Assembly (NCBI GenBank): GCA_051294905.1
Contig: CM119372.1
Span: 18,602,001-18,666,000 of the forward strand
From: Botryllus schlosseri
Lineage: Eukaryota
DNA length: 64,000 bases
Direction: 5' to 3'
A program made the position numbers and the translations under genes. Below are positions 26,801 through 40,532 of this stretch, in pieces. The notes beneath the pieces were generated by a model. The model was given only the letters and a program-made list of their open reading frames with translations. It was not told where the DNA came from and did not search any database. Numbering within the stretch: the stretch's first letter is position 1; each line of letters opens with the position of its first letter.

Positions 26801-29242
26801 GCAATGGCTCACAGGACCACTGTGACCACGTAACTCGTGCAATTTTTCAAGGCATCGACCTGAAATTATTCCATAACAATCAGCAGCAATCCATAATATT
26901 TACAGAGAGCTCAATAATTAATGAAAACATATTAAGAGTTCAGATTGAGCGAAAATTTCTTTCATTAAAATAATTTACCTCTTATCTGTTAGGTTATATA
27001 CAGTACACAAATACTATGAGATGAGCACCACATCTACAAAAAATGTCACGATATGTCAAGGACATTGTCGGTAATAATCGGTAATGGTCTCCAAAATGTC
27101 TAACTACAATGATACAAAGCTGATTGTTTTAGGAACCATGTAATAGCCTTCATGATATCATGCAATTCGCACCAAATTTTAGCCGAATACAAATAGCCCT
27201 GTTGGACAGAAATGGGCCTGGATTAACAATTGAGATATTGACTATACTTATCATTAATGATTATTATATTATAGTCATATTGGAACATTAAATTTTGCTC
27301 TGTAACAAAGTCAAGTAGGAACAACATGATCGTAGGTCATGGACTCCATATAACAAATTCAGAATTAAGACTTCACGCTTGAATCCTAGATAGAAATTGT
27401 ATTCTCTCATCTTCGTTGATGCCTTGGGAAATCCACTGGTTATGTTGTGGGAAGAACATTAAATACTTGCGAGGACCTGTATTGTGGTTTTAAGCAATGC
27501 ACCAGGCACCAAGCTATAGTAGAATGAAAATAGTGAGGATTCCAATTATAATATAATAAATATAGTGAACATTCAAGTCAAGGAATACTGACTGGAGTAG
27601 TTCCTTTTCCCTTCGGCTTTAATGGCAATTTCTCTGTGAAAAATCCACAGCTTGACAAGATTATCCTGACCACACGTGGCCATCAAATAGGTGTCAGCGA
27701 CTTGGCCATCACCTAAATAATGATGAATGAGCAATGAGCATATTTGAAGGTCCAGAAGCCAAAATGCAAAATCAATTTACCGATGGCATGAAATGTGGGT
27801 GAAAAGCAAATGCAATCAACTCCGTATCCGGATACACCTTCATGAGCTTCAGACTGTAGAATGCACTGTAACGATGAAGAGATTAGCAATATATCATCCA
27901 TCATCACACGTAATACATGTCACACTACCGCACAGACCGATTGTTTGTATCTTAGGTCCCAAACACGCACGTCTCCTACTCCAGACCCAGTCATCAAGAA
28001 ATCATTGCATGGAGTGAAGCAGGCGGCATTGATATTTCCATCAGGGTGTCCAATGAACTGACTGCAAAACATAAATATTAGCAATATAGGCCCTATCAAT
28101 GCAAATTATAAGAGTTATATATATTTATGATGTATCCTAGTAAGAATTCAAGAATATTAACAACAAAAGAACTAAGCTTGCTACGCTGCACAATATTTAC
28201 ATGCAATCATGAATTTGCTATGTTATCCGTACCTACCGTATTTCAAACTAGCTAATTAGTCCCGGGCCCCAGAATAATGGTTGCAAGATGCAAGCATCTC
28301 ATACTATTAGATATTGCCCAACATTACATATTGCAACACAAAATATAATTGAAATGACAGGATTATTCAAAATTAAAACTTGTATGTTTCGCAAGGACCG
28401 TACTTGAAAGTTGATAGCATTCGAATGACCAATAAATCATTCAAGTTGGGTCAAGTCACGGTGGGGGGTCAATTGATTTGAGTGACAATGTCATGACGGT
28501 CATTTGAGCGGCACGTAATTCAAGCTAGGTTAGATTTGATTGGGGTTGGACTCAATGATTAAAAGAGAATGTGTCAATGTATCGCTGAAAATAACTTCAT
28601 TTCTGTAACTCACATTAATAAAATTGCCCGTTTCAAATGTGCCACTCAGAAGCCGTCACGCAGTTGATATTCACCAAATATCAATAAAAATATGACTTAC
28701 AATAATTTCTTGTTCTGCTCCAAATTCCAGACTGCTATTGCACCATCTGAAGACCCTGACACTAACATGACAGAATTTGAAGAGAAACGACAAACTTGCA
28801 CAGTGTTCGAGTCAGAATGTTGGAACACATGTCTGATCTAATACAGAATTTAATTTTGCAGTTAGATATTGACAAATGTCTTACTTAATGACTTACAATA
28901 GGTTCTGTGTCATCTTGTAATTCCCAAACAACTGTTGTTCCATCCATTGAGGCAGACGCTAGCAGGTTGCCTGTTTGATTGAAGGTAACGCAATTAACTC
29001 CATACTTGTGATGATCTAACGGGGAATACGTTTTTTCCTGGAAATCCTTGGCAGAAAATACTCTGATGCTCTTGTCACCTTGAAACATTATCAAACGCAT
29101 GAGGTTTATCGCATATTTTTAATAATAAAGCTCAACAAAACAGACCAGAGCATGTCACAAAATATTCCTTATTGAAGGCACAGCAGCTGACCTCTTTTCT
29201 GTGACTTTGTATCACACAGAAAGATGTTTTATAGACATCCAT
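20885..29242 (-). CDS. WDSUB1: WD repeat, SAM and U-box domain-containing protein 1 (14 coding exons, ~562 aa)
   Basis: Hand-spliced minus-strand exons: 29146-29242, 28897-29078, 28701-28837, 27929-28061, 27781-27865 (alt acceptor 27853), 27593-27712, 26732-26859, 24893-25031, 24796-24827, 24043-24262, 23880-23972, 21917-22009, 21778-21852, 20885-21039. All introns are GT-AG, phases chain without stops, total 1689 nt. The protein has WD40 repeats (SGDKSIRVF, SMDGTTVVW, GHSGPVSHCCF...SFDKTVIVW), a SAM domain (WSSDDVLEWL...IDGEELL...GPLGHRNKIL) and a U-box ([35 protein letters not shown]...SPMTNQRL...LIPNQALK). Confidence 0.93.
22462..23061. mobile_element. Family G MITE in WDSUB1 intron
   Basis: TSD CTGAGCAT. 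Confidence 0.9.
23190..23700. mobile_element. Old family-F-like MITE (AGTAGAAGTA repeats) in WDSUB1 intron
   Basis: Ends in GACCACTTCTG like family F; degenerate. Confidence 0.5.
25242..26364. mobile_element. Family H hAT element in WDSUB1 intron
   Basis: TIRs; exact TSD GTTTAGGT. Confidence 0.88.
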
Positions 29243-30026
29243 CACTTCTGCTGGAAGTATATAAATAAATATTGAGCTAATCAAGTATAAACTGTAATAA
29301 TATGAAAGGTTTAAGTCAGGGGTTTGCAACCGGGGGTCCGCCAAACTTCTAAATTTGCAGAATGATTGATAATCCAATTTGGATTTTTGCAAATTAGGGA
29401 AATCATGAGGCAGTTTTGCTGCATATCTGCTATAACTTCATAACTAACAGTCTAACACTAACAGAATGGCTGTCTAAGTTTAAATATTCTACTGTGCAAA
29501 CTCATTTTTATTGCCAATATCCATTACTGGGATCTCGGTACGTTTTGCCTAGTATAACATGTGAGCAGCGATGATTTCCCAAGTTAAAGTAATTTAATAA
29601 AAAACAATAAAAAAATGAAACATAGTGCGAGCACAGGACACCGATTCCATGCAGGCCAATAGCCTACTGCTATTCCCAATTTCTCTAGTAGGCTATGATG
29701 TTATTTTCAAGAATGGTCAATGTTTTGTTACTGTTTCTCGCTATCCTACAGTTGATATTTGCACATGACTGATGGCGGTTGCACAATAATAGAGCTTAAT
29801 TTCAACTAAGACTTTGAGGGTCCGCTGGTGTCAGTGACGATCCAATAGGGATCCGCAAAAAGAAAAAAGGTTTAGAACCAGGAACCACTGGTGTAAGTGT
29901 AATATCCCTATCCAAGTTGATATTTACAAAATCTAGATAATCTAGAAGACTGTGCAGAACTTTTGGAGTTAATGTATTTTGGTGAATCACAATTGCGTTG
30001 CACTGTACCCATATTATACAATAGAG

Positions 30027-30280
30027 CAGGGTTACCATACGTCCTCTTTCAAGAGAATTTGTCCTCTTTTTTGACTTTTTTGAAAGTGTCCTCGGAGGAC
30101 GCCCGAGGGAATGTCCTCTTCTTCGATTTTGTCCTCTTTTTTGAGAATTTTGGTTAAATGGGGCAAAATTTGACTGAGATACAGTAAATCAGCACTGAAG
30201 TAACGCTCCGACGGCTGTTTCTGGAGCTGAGCCGTAAAGCTGACCTTTATTTTGATTTTTTTAGTCAACTGACAACCCCG
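30027..30280. mobile_element. Partial family L MITE
   Basis: One TIR (AGGGTTACCATACGTCCTC) and family body; other end missing. Confidence 0.7.
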
Positions 30281-30423
30281 ACAACGAAGGTAGACGGCCT
30301 TATCACGATTAGACTAGACACGAGATATCAAGATAAGTAAACAACAAACTACGATGGTTCGGAAGGTTCGTCTTTAGTTCATCGTCACTGGTCCAGAAAA
30401 AAGGACATCGCGGGAAGACTTAC

Positions 30424-30518
30424 AGCAAGCGCTCGACTTTGCTATATTTCTTCAATCTGCACCAGCAATATTTGTTTTGTTTACCTCCTCTGCTATCCTT
30501 ACATAAAGATCACGTGAC
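30424..30518 (-). promoter_or_regulatory. Putative non-coding first exon / proximal promoter of WDSUB1 with E-box (GTCACGTGA)
   Basis: Consensus donor GTAAGT on the minus strand at 30418-30423. TCACGTGAC at 30510-30518. The ATG exon is preceded by an acceptor (CAGCAG, 29248-29253), so an upstream exon or trans-splicing is needed. Confidence 0.4.
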
Positions 30519-30540
30519 ATTACTGTACCTGTCAGGTGAT

Positions 30541-31135
30541 AAAGAGAGAGAGAGAGAGAGAGGGAGAATCTTTATTCGTATGCATTACATATCAACATTA
30601 CACTGCAAAAACGTAACAGTAAAATGCGACATGCAAGGTAGACGGGAGGCTCGATATGACAAAGTCTTCAGAGCCGAGCCACCCAGGACAGGAGCAATAT
30701 TCAGTCGACAACCAATAAATATTAAATAAATAAATAAAAAACGTAACTATGGAACAAAAAGAAAAACAAGACACAGTATCATGCACCAATTCAAAATTCA
30801 ATGCAGATACAATTTAGCGGTAGTTAGAGATAAGAGAATGAAAACATTGTTTTTAAATGCACAAGTGTCTACGGAGATTACGGAGATTATGTGGAAGCTT
30901 ATTCCAAATATTGACACCAATGAAACTGATTGAATTTTGCACTAGACTGGTAAAGTGGTGTTGCACAGAAAATCTGGTATGATGTTGGTGGGTATCTGAA
31001 GGTATATTGGACAGATTATCAAAATATAGTGGCAGTTCACCCTGATGATAGCTATGCATAAATTTCATCTCAAATTTGAAAATGTCTTCCACTTTCAATA
31101 TTCCAACGCTTCGATAGATCCTATTACGGGCTGTC
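30541..31135 (-). mobile_element. 5'-truncated LINE 3' end
   Basis: ILKVEDIFKFE...HQHHTR...SISFIGVNIWNKLP; 3' UTR; (CT)n tail. Confidence 0.8.
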
Positions 31136-32319
31136 ATCCTTGTACTATAGAATGTAAACGTGGAATGGCAGCGACCGATTTTGCAGCTTCGTTCCGCTTC
31201 GCTGAAGCTTTACTCGGACTTATTTTACGGCAGCTACTGTAGAATTTCTGGCAATCCAAAAGTTGTCTTCCAGAACTCAGAATTTACTGAATCCGGTCTT
31301 GATCGAAAGCTACTGTAGCACTGACTTCGAAAATATCAATCAAAATATGGTGAAGCACCGTACTGAGATTAAAAACCCCCCTCAACATCTAAAATCTGCA
31401 TTGTTCAGAACAATCGGATGATCGCAAAACAATGACCATAACAATGACCCATTGCGGCTCTTCGATTGTTCGGACAATGCCGATAATTCAGACTTGGAGG
31501 GCGAATTCTAAGCGGTTCAGTGCCTGATCATATTTTTATTTACATTTTCGGAATCAGAATCGTTTACATTCTATACTTGTACCATCAAATCTAGATTATT
31601 ACATCAAAGCAATGCAATATTTCGACATTAAGGAAGATACGGAATGTGAAGGTTGCTACCAGGGTTGTAATGACTCGAGTCATGACTCGACTCGAGTCAG
31701 ACCCGAGTCACGATTTTTTTGTGACTCGACTTGACTCGAGTCATTTTCTTGAAGTGGGATAATGACTCGACTCGACTCGAGTCAATATTTGGATTGACTC
31801 GACTTGTACTCGAGTCATTACGCATGACTCGACCCAAGTCATTGACTCGGCTGATTTGATATGACTTGAAGATGAAGAAATTCGCGAATCGTAATGGTTG
31901 GATAAACGCATCTGACGAATTCTGCCGATATCGCTATTTGTCACCGCGCACTGCTTTCGTTGCACTTGTCTAGGATATCAGATACCGTAAAAACAACAGA
32001 CAATGTTACATAGCAGCGATGCATTGTACAAAATCATCCAGTGATGAAGAGGTAATAGATCCTCCGCAATCAAAGTAGCCTACTCCAGACTTTTCAAATA
32101 TACAAGCAAACAATCGAAGCAAAGTTGAATTAGAGCCAATGAAATGAATCGGATGGTCAAGTACTTAGATGAGACTGATAAGCTCATGTGTAGATTTGAA
32201 GGCTATGATTCTTTGCATTTTTGGGCGACTTGAAAGAATGAGTATCCAATGCTCTTCAGTGTGGTTCAAAAATGCTTGTCAATTCCTGCATCTAGTGCTC
32301 CAGTGGAATGTGTATTCAG

Positions 32320-34782
32320 CAGAGGTGGTCAGTAACGAAGTACTTCTACTTTTTCGAAGTACTCAAGTAGTTTTCCTCTACTTCTGGTACTTACTCAAGT
32401 AGATCGGATTTTCGCTACTTCTACTTCTACTTCGTAATATTTTGTGATCTACTTACTTACTTTTCGCTATTTTCAGTTTGTCAAGTAGAAGTAGTTCAAT
32501 CTTCCAATCAGGAAGATAGCCTGAGGAATTTCGGGGCTGTTCAGTAAAATTTTCATAAAAGTTTAGTAAAACCCTGAATTTTCGTCGCGCTTCGCGCGTA
32601 GTGGATACGGAATGACTGGCATGATTTCACGAAAGTATCGGTGAATACAATTTAGGTGAAGGGTTGGCGTGGTTCCGTTCACATCACATTGTCGCCCTTC
32701 ACCCATATGAAATAATTCATCACAGTATATATGGCCAATTGGCCAATCATAACGTTTGAAACTGATGTTTCGCAATCTAGCATTTACTTGTCATACCGTA
32801 ATCTAGCATGTCCATGGGGTGTCCTAATCTGGAAAAGTGGACTCTGACTTTTCTTTTAGGTTTAGAGCTGTTTTAGCATCTCACCTTTGAAACTTTCTGG
32901 ACTAAAAACATGAAATATATGTTCTGCTTTTAGGAGTAGTATTTATATTTCACTTTCAATTCCCAGTATCATATACTTTGAGTTATAATTATTATCAGTT
33001 CTTTTGTCTGGATAACATACATGTTGAAGTATAAAAGCTATTGTAGTAATGCCTTTAATTTCCGAAAATAAAGCTACACAATATGGCATTTTTACGGTCC
33101 ACCATATTTTTTATTAATGTTTACTAATCGCTCAAAGTGATTACACCGTATCCTATACAACTTCTCCGTATTGCTCTTCGACTAAACTACGGGCCTTATG
33201 GCGCCATACTATGCTATTTTCTAGGGATGGTGTGAACTTGAGGTTCACGTTCGCGTTCTGTGTGTGAACCTCGGAAATTTAGAGGTTCGCGTTCACAACA
33301 GAACCTTGGTAGGTTCTGCACTGTGAACCTTTTTCATATATTACAATTTTCACTTCATTATGACATTTTTGGTTCGAATTTATTGCATTTCAACTGCGGG
33401 CCACTCTATACATGACGCTGGCAGCATGAAAACACAAAACGAGGATGCACCTAGACAGTCTCAGAGATTCTAGTTGCTTTATTAAAAAAGTTTGCTCGAA
33501 ATATCCAGCCTTCCGTTTGTTAATATTTAGTGACTCTCTGCTGTGAGCTTGAACCGCAATCACACAACAGCACGAGCGACATGTAGTACACGTAGAGAGC
33601 GAATGATGCTTATTCAACCAATCAATGAGATTGATATCGTTTTTTGAAGTAACAAATCTAGCAGGCGTACGGGGTCAGTCTTGACTTCATATGTTTACCG
33701 TATCAATAAAACCAAATCCGTGCGATTGAGGTGTTGGCTACAGCTGTATAACTTGTGACGTAGCCTAACATCGGTAGCAAGTATAGAAACCTGTTTTACA
33801 CTCTGCCCAATATCAATGTACCAATACTCAGATGCCGAATACACTGTCCGGTCTGGCCAAGACCGTTGCGGCGTAAGCTTATATTCCCTGGCTACTTCTC
33901 GTCGAAATTGTTGGTAAAGCGACGGATGATATCGATTTTATGGGAGTATTATATCATTTGATTGCCTCAGTTGATACATTGAGCGACGTATCACACGCCA
34001 ATATGTACTTCAGCATTGTGTCATTATGTGGCCGAGGTCGTCGCTAGGTATCGAGTACATTAATATAGGCTATCACTTCATTGAAATGTAGGGTTTTGTT
34101 TTGTTTGTTTTGGGGTATGGTGTTTGTCGACTACTATGGTCATTTACACCAGGCCGATATTCTTCTTATTTTCCGTAGCTGCCGACTTATAGCACGGCCC
34201 ACCTCTAGGCTTTTGTAAGACACCGCTGACGCGGATGAGGTAGGGATGAGGTAGGGATGATGTAGGGTTGTAATTAGCAATATGACGTCACGTGACGTCA
34301 TGAGGTTCACGTTCGCGTTCACACAGAACCTTTCAAAAAGGTTCGCGTTCACACGAACCTGAACCTTTCAGAGGTTCACACCATCCCTACTATTTTCTAA
34401 AACGTGCTCTTCGCGAAAACAGAGGATTAGCGTCGCATTTCCATATCAATACTATCATTTTCATCACATGATGTAGACGAATACTTATAGCTTTATGCTT
34501 TCGAAAATTGGATACCTGCTGGTATGCATCAATATGAATCAAGCTCGTCACCTATCGCATAGCTCAATTTGCACCTTTTTACAATCCATGTGAACGAATT
34601 AGGATCGTTTACACAATTACTTACTTACTTGAGTACTTTTAAAGTCAGTGAATTCTACTTCTACTTCAAGTAGTTTTAGGTTGCTTATGGAAGAAGTACT
34701 TCTACTCGTACTTGAGTAGATTTTTTCGTCACTACTTCTACTTCTACTTGAGTAGCTTTCTTGACTACTTTGACCACCTCTG
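32320..34782. mobile_element. hAT-type element, family F (TIR CAGAGGTGGTCA)
   Basis: Exact TSD GTATTCAG. Confidence 0.9.
33222..34389. mobile_element. Family A MITE nested in F
   Basis: Exact TSD CTATTTTC. Confidence 0.92.
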
Positions 34783-36573
34783 GTATTCAGTAGATGTGGA
34801 TTTATTCTAAGGCCATGCCGCTTTAACATATCTGAGAATATCCTTTTCACTTTAGTATTTTTGAAATGTAACTCATTGATTTGATCTGCTGTCTGTGAAA
34901 ACACAAAATACCCGCCGTCCATTTGACGTTTTGTTAGGTGTATGCATTGTGCAATTGAGTAATAATGAATGCCTAATGTTGTGTGATGTTTGTAGCCTAC
35001 AATAGGGCTGTTCAAAAATAACTTCTATTTTATTCTACTGATTGGCTGCTTGATAAAATTGTTATGTTGCATATAAAGAACACTGAATCTGGCTTAATTT
35101 TAAAAAGCAGAATCAATGATACGAGAGGAGAAAATTTTGGATTTGAAAATGAATGGAGTATTTTAATAAGAAATTCTTTCATGTAATATAATTACACACC
35201 AGTAGTAAGCCGACTATTTTTTTAATATCCAAAATATTCCACTCTAATAACTTCGCTTCTTCTAGTTGGAATTGAGCCAAATTTGCTATGAATCATATTT
35301 TTACACAATCTAATAATGTCATGAGGTAGCCGGTAAAATTCGAAAGTCTCTATTTGTAATTAATCCAGAATTTCTCTCATAGCATTGCTTTCTACAGGTT
35401 GGAATTGAGTCAAATTTAAGTTCTTTTAGGCAATTTAACAATTTTAAGAAGTAGCCTCCCTTGACCCTTCAAACGATGACTTGGACTCGGACTCGACTTG
35501 GTGATGAATTGAAATGGCTCGACTTGACTCGAGTCAAAACCACAAAAGCAAGATTGACTCGTGACTCGGAACCATATGTGACTTGGTTACAACCCTGGTT
35601 GCCACCTTCGCCAACCAAAGTAATGCCGGGCAATGATTGCTATATGTGGTTGGAAACTGCAGGTGACCCTAAAAACGCTGCAAGCGCAAAGTGAGGAAAA
35701 CGAGGAAGTAACGGAAATAGCCCCTAAAACGTGAAAACTGCGGGAAAAGCGGGAAATCCAGATTCATAAAACGCTGAAGCAGCGGACAGTCGGTCATGGA
35801 TCTTTACAGAAGTCATTGTGCGAACAGCGAAAGACCTCAACCAAGTTAAATGTGAAGGAGGGCGAAATCTCGTATACGGAATAGCGAATCATGGTCGGGA
35901 AATTAAACATAATTATGAAGTAACTGAGGGCTAAAAATTCGGTCATTGACCATTCTATAAACGCTCAACCCGACCTGGCGGAAAATCAGGACTTTGGGGC
36001 CGGAGTCCCGGAGCCGGAGCCCCGGAGCCGTGCAGTTTCAGCGGAGCCGGAGCTCTGCATAACGATACTCATCTCCTATCTCACGCACCAGCTACTACCG
36101 CAAGCTTGAATGCAGTCACCCGTGATCAATGGACGTCCCATAATAGCCTTTGGGTTAACGCTGCGAAATCCCAATTATTGGTCGTGAACTTCTGCGATAA
36201 CCTAACCGTTGACATCGCTGGCCAATCAATTTCCAACGTTAAAAATGCCAAATATCTTGGTGTTTTACTGGATTCGGACATGTCTTGGAAGAGTCACATA
36301 CAATTACTCAAACCACAACTATCGAAGGTATGTGGTCTGTTTCGCCGCCTTAGTTACACTCTGCCAGTTAGGATTCCGTTGATACTCTTCAACACTCTAT
36401 TCCTATCAAAGTTACAATACGGAATTATTTGTTGGGGTGCTGCCTGCAAGAACACGATTGACTCACTGCAAAATCTACATAATCCGATCGTCCCCATCAT
36501 CGCCAAAGCCCCATTAAGGGAGCCTGGATGCTCGACTGATATATCGCTACTCAAAAGATTTGATGTTCTAAAC

Positions 36574-38105
36574 CAGTGGTTCTTAACCTTGCTCCCAGCG
36601 CCCCCCAGGGGGCGCTGGCGATCTTGAAGGGGGGCGGAAACGCTCAGGGGGCGATATGGGGGGCGCTGGGCTCCGGGGGGCGGTATGGGGGGCGCTGGAG
36701 AAAAATGGCTTCGCAGTAGATGATGTGGTGTTAGGACATATCCTTAATGAGTATTCAGAGCAAATTAACACCGAAAACTTCGTTACATATAGCTTTCAAA
36801 ATACACATAGGTTTAATTGTCCATCGGCGCCTAAATGACTGACACCGAATGTTCCTGTCTTGGCAATCTGAACCCCAGAAGACGAATTCCATCTGGCAGG
36901 GAAAAATTATATGTCATTGAAGAAATACCAATCTGAAATCGTGTGGGTCTTTTAGTTTAGTACGATTGAGCGACAGGAATATTCCTGTTGGGCGATATCC
37001 CCGTTGAGCGATTCTATATTTTTTGATATTGCAGACAGGGGGTCACGAAATAACATCATGCAACGAAGTCATACCAACGGGTTCGCCCGCCCGAATATGT
37101 TTAATTATTAGTAACGGGCCCTAAAGTTTCCAAGAAACCTTACAATGTTCGCTTTAAGTTTTGATGAGTCTGCGCACACTCAACAACTCACTGCGCTGAC
37201 CCTTGGACAACAGTGCGTAACGACTAAAAAAAGGTAATAACTCCTGATTTGTTGTGCGCAACGTAGATTTTCTGTGCGCAGTGACCGTGTCAGCACTGCG
37301 CACGTGCGCAGCTTAGAGGGAACATTGCACCTCACTCAGCGCTACCAGTAAATTTGTTTACGTGAGCAGAGAGAGGATAAAAATTGATCTCAATTTACAT
37401 GCAATTCCCGATGATATTGACCAATTCAATCATTAATTAGTGAAATTTTTCGCACTTCGCGCGAATAGGCGAGAATAGCTGCCTCAGTAAATGGACACCC
37501 AATGTAGATACCTAATAGGCTATCAGCAAATAGCGGACAGCCTAATGGGGGTCTGGGAGTGAAGTCCCCCGGAAGTTTGGTTTATCACCCGATGGGTGCC
37601 AAGGACCAACGTTTTTTGTTTGGGGAGGGGGGGCTGACGAAGTGCTGTTACGGCCCTGGTAACGAATTAATTGTACCTGTGGGCACGCCCGAATATGTTT
37701 AATTATTAATTACGTGCCCTTTATTTTCCTATACAACAGCTCACTCAGTGCTTCTGGTAAATCTGATTACGTGCGCTGAGAGGATAACAAGTTTATAGCG
37801 ACTTATATATGTAATTACCCCCTATTCATGGAAAATTTTGGTACCTAGGGCGACCAGGCCACACAAACTTTGCTGACCATCAAAATCACGATATGGGGTT
37901 CGTGGGGGCGAAGCCCTCAGAAGTTCGGTTTATCAGGCTATGGGTGCGCAAGGCAATCGATTTTAGGGGGGTTAACGTAGTGCTGTTACGGCCCTCCCTC
38001 TTACTCATTGTCTTTATTACATTCCTTACAATATGAGGTGGGGGGCGCTGGAGCACGATAATTTTTGAAAGGGGGCGCTGGAAGAAAAAAGGTTAAGAAC
38101 CACTG
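36574..38105. mobile_element. hAT (Charlie-like) element, TIR CAGTGGTTCTTAACCTT
   Basis: Exact TSD TTCTAAAC. Confidence 0.9.
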
Positions 38106-38414
38106 TTCTAAACATAGAAGATATCAGAAAGCTAGAAATTGCCAAGTTTATGTATCAGTTCCATTGTGGTCAATGTCTCTCAAATTTCAACGACTACTTC
38201 ACCTCGGAGTCAAAAGCGCGCGTCAACGAAGAACACCTACCATATGATCAGGACGGAATACAAGAAAACGCATTACTCTATCATCAAGTATGCCGGACCC
38301 CAATTGTGGAACAGCATTTCGCCGGCTATCCGACAGTCGTTGAGCATGTCCAGTTTGTCCACATTCAAGTCGAAATACAAGTTGTTGTTTTTTAAATGAA
38401 TAGGCTACTAGTCA

Positions 38415-38657
38415 GCCGAGCGAGATAGTGTAATGATGATGCGTCCGGCTTCTTAATCGGTAGGTCGTGGGTTCGATCCACGGCCGGGTCATACCAAAGT
38501 CTCGAAAACTGGTATCCGCGACTATCCTGCTAGCCCACGGATAGCATGGAGGAGAAAAAAGCGGGGGTGCTGACTAGATGACTTTACGGTCGTATCGCAC
38601 CTTCGTCGTTAAATGCTTCCTGATGATGCAGGTGAAAACGAATATCTCTCTCTCTCT
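38415..38657 (+). mobile_element. tRNA-derived SINE
   Basis: A-box-like TAGTGTAATGA, B-box GGTTCGATCC, core GGCCGGGTCATACCAAAG, (CT)n tail. Confidence 0.85.
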
Positions 38658-40532
38658 CAGGATTACCGGACCACGACCTAACATCGATCTCGCCTTCCGC
38701 CACATGCCACATCATTTTGTCGCTTGCCTTTTACATTCTCTGCATTACTCTTCATTCAGTGTGCACTGTGCAGTGTGCATGACTCTTCTTCACTTCGCCT
38801 AGCTAGGCCAAGGTGTGTGTCTGATCCCAAAGACTACTCCAAGTCGTTTCGACACCTTCCTATCTTTTCATTGTATCGCAGTTTTGTGGTGTTTTGAAAT
38901 AATGAAAATATTAATAAAACTGATTGATTGATAAAATTCAAGAGGAGCCGGAGCTGTGAAGCGGGAGCCGGGTCAATGAGCAGTAGCTCCGGTTCCGATG
39001 TATTTCGTAAGATGCTATGATTTTACTGATGGCTGAATTCACATAATTTTACGATAATCGTTAAAAAATTGAGATTGTTGCCGCGATGGCACCACCTTTT
39101 CTAACTAACCCAGTGGTTCTCAACCGGGGGTCCGTGAAGCATTTTCAGGGGGTCCGCGAAACCTCTAGATTTGTAAAATGATTGACAATCGAATTTTTAT
39201 TTTATTTTTTAATTAGGAAAAGCATGAGCCTATTTTTCTTTATAATAGCTAAAACTTTAGGACTCACATCATTGAAATGGTCGTCTGAGATGAAATATCC
39301 GATTGTGCAAACTCATTTTAATAGTCAAATGGCCAATAGCCTACTGATTTCGCAAAACCTGGAGATTGAATTGGATTTCTAATTAGAAAGAAACACAAAA
39401 CTGTGCTTCAGGACTTGCGTCCGATATCTAACACGGCGTCTCAAAATTTCCAGACGCCGAACGCCATGTTGCAGTACGGCGACATAATTTGATCGTCAAA
39501 TTGGTCTAATTTCTCGACCGAATTCTCAGGCTGGCTGGGTATAGGGGTGGAGATGGGTAAAGTTCTTATTGGGGGTGAACAGATGGCCCAAGCTCAATGT
39601 ATTTTTCTAGATCAGTGGTCGGGAACCTATGGCTCGCGAGCCATATATGGCTCTTTTGGGTATAAGATATGGCTCTTTGCCAAATATTTATTTTTGTATT
39701 GAATTGATCAATATTGCAACGACTTGTTGGTAAATTTTCATCACGGCCAGACTAATTATTCTCGTGGCAGTTAAACATGTCTTTGAGAGGTAAAGAGAAT
39801 GCCGACTTCAGGTTTAGGGGCTCGGACCCCCTCTTTTCAAAATCATCAAATTTAAGTTACTCTCACGCCGGCGGCCGATTTCAGTCGCGAATTCTATGTA
39901 ACCGACTTGAAATCTTGAATTGTGCGAAATGTTGATTAATCAAAGAGCGTAGCAGACATGGCGACGCCCATTTCAAAACGCAATTTTTAAATACGCATTG
40001 TCTTCCTTATCTATACGGCGCGTAATGAACTGTTGTGGATGTGACAATTACAAACTCGAATTACAAACAACGTCATAGCTATCCACGTTCTTGTTTGATA
40101 AGTAAAGCTCTGTGTAGTACCGGCGATGAAATGTAGGCGTGTAGCGCAACCTTATGTTACCGCCGAATACTTGGAGAATTGAGATGTCGATAAGTATTTA
40201 GATTTTCGGAATCAGTATGACAGTCACGTTCGATCAGTGAAGTGCGGTGAGGGTCATGGCTCGGGAGGCACGGACCCCCCAACCCCCCCACCCCATACAC
40301 ACACACAAACACTTGAAGTACCTGATAAAGAGGCCTAAAATGTCAATAACAACAGCAGCGGGCTTAGAGAGCATCCTCTTTTAACACTGATCGCCGTTGC
40401 AATTCTACATTCTACAATATTCTTGGACTGGTTGCTATTGTGCTAAATGGACAAGTTTAGACGGATATAATTACTATCCCTTCACGTACTGGTATAAATT
40501 ATTCGAAGCACATGAAAATAACATCCTCATAT

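Larger units (their letters stand above)
31660..35597. mobile_element. Long family-G hAT derivative hosting nested families F and A
   Basis: TSD GTTGCTAC / GTTGCCAC. The plus-strand motif LSIPASSAPVECVFS|RCGFILRP...LVFLKCN is split by family F. Confidence 0.88.
36060..38930 (+). mobile_element. 5'-truncated LINE (end of RT region to 3' UTR) interrupted by a MITE and a SINE, inserted in a family-B remnant
   Basis: KYLGVLLDSDMSWKSHI...YGIICWG; continues after 38105 (IKYAGPQLWNSI); (GATT)n tail; GGAGCC-repeat family-B sequence on both sides. Confidence 0.85.
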
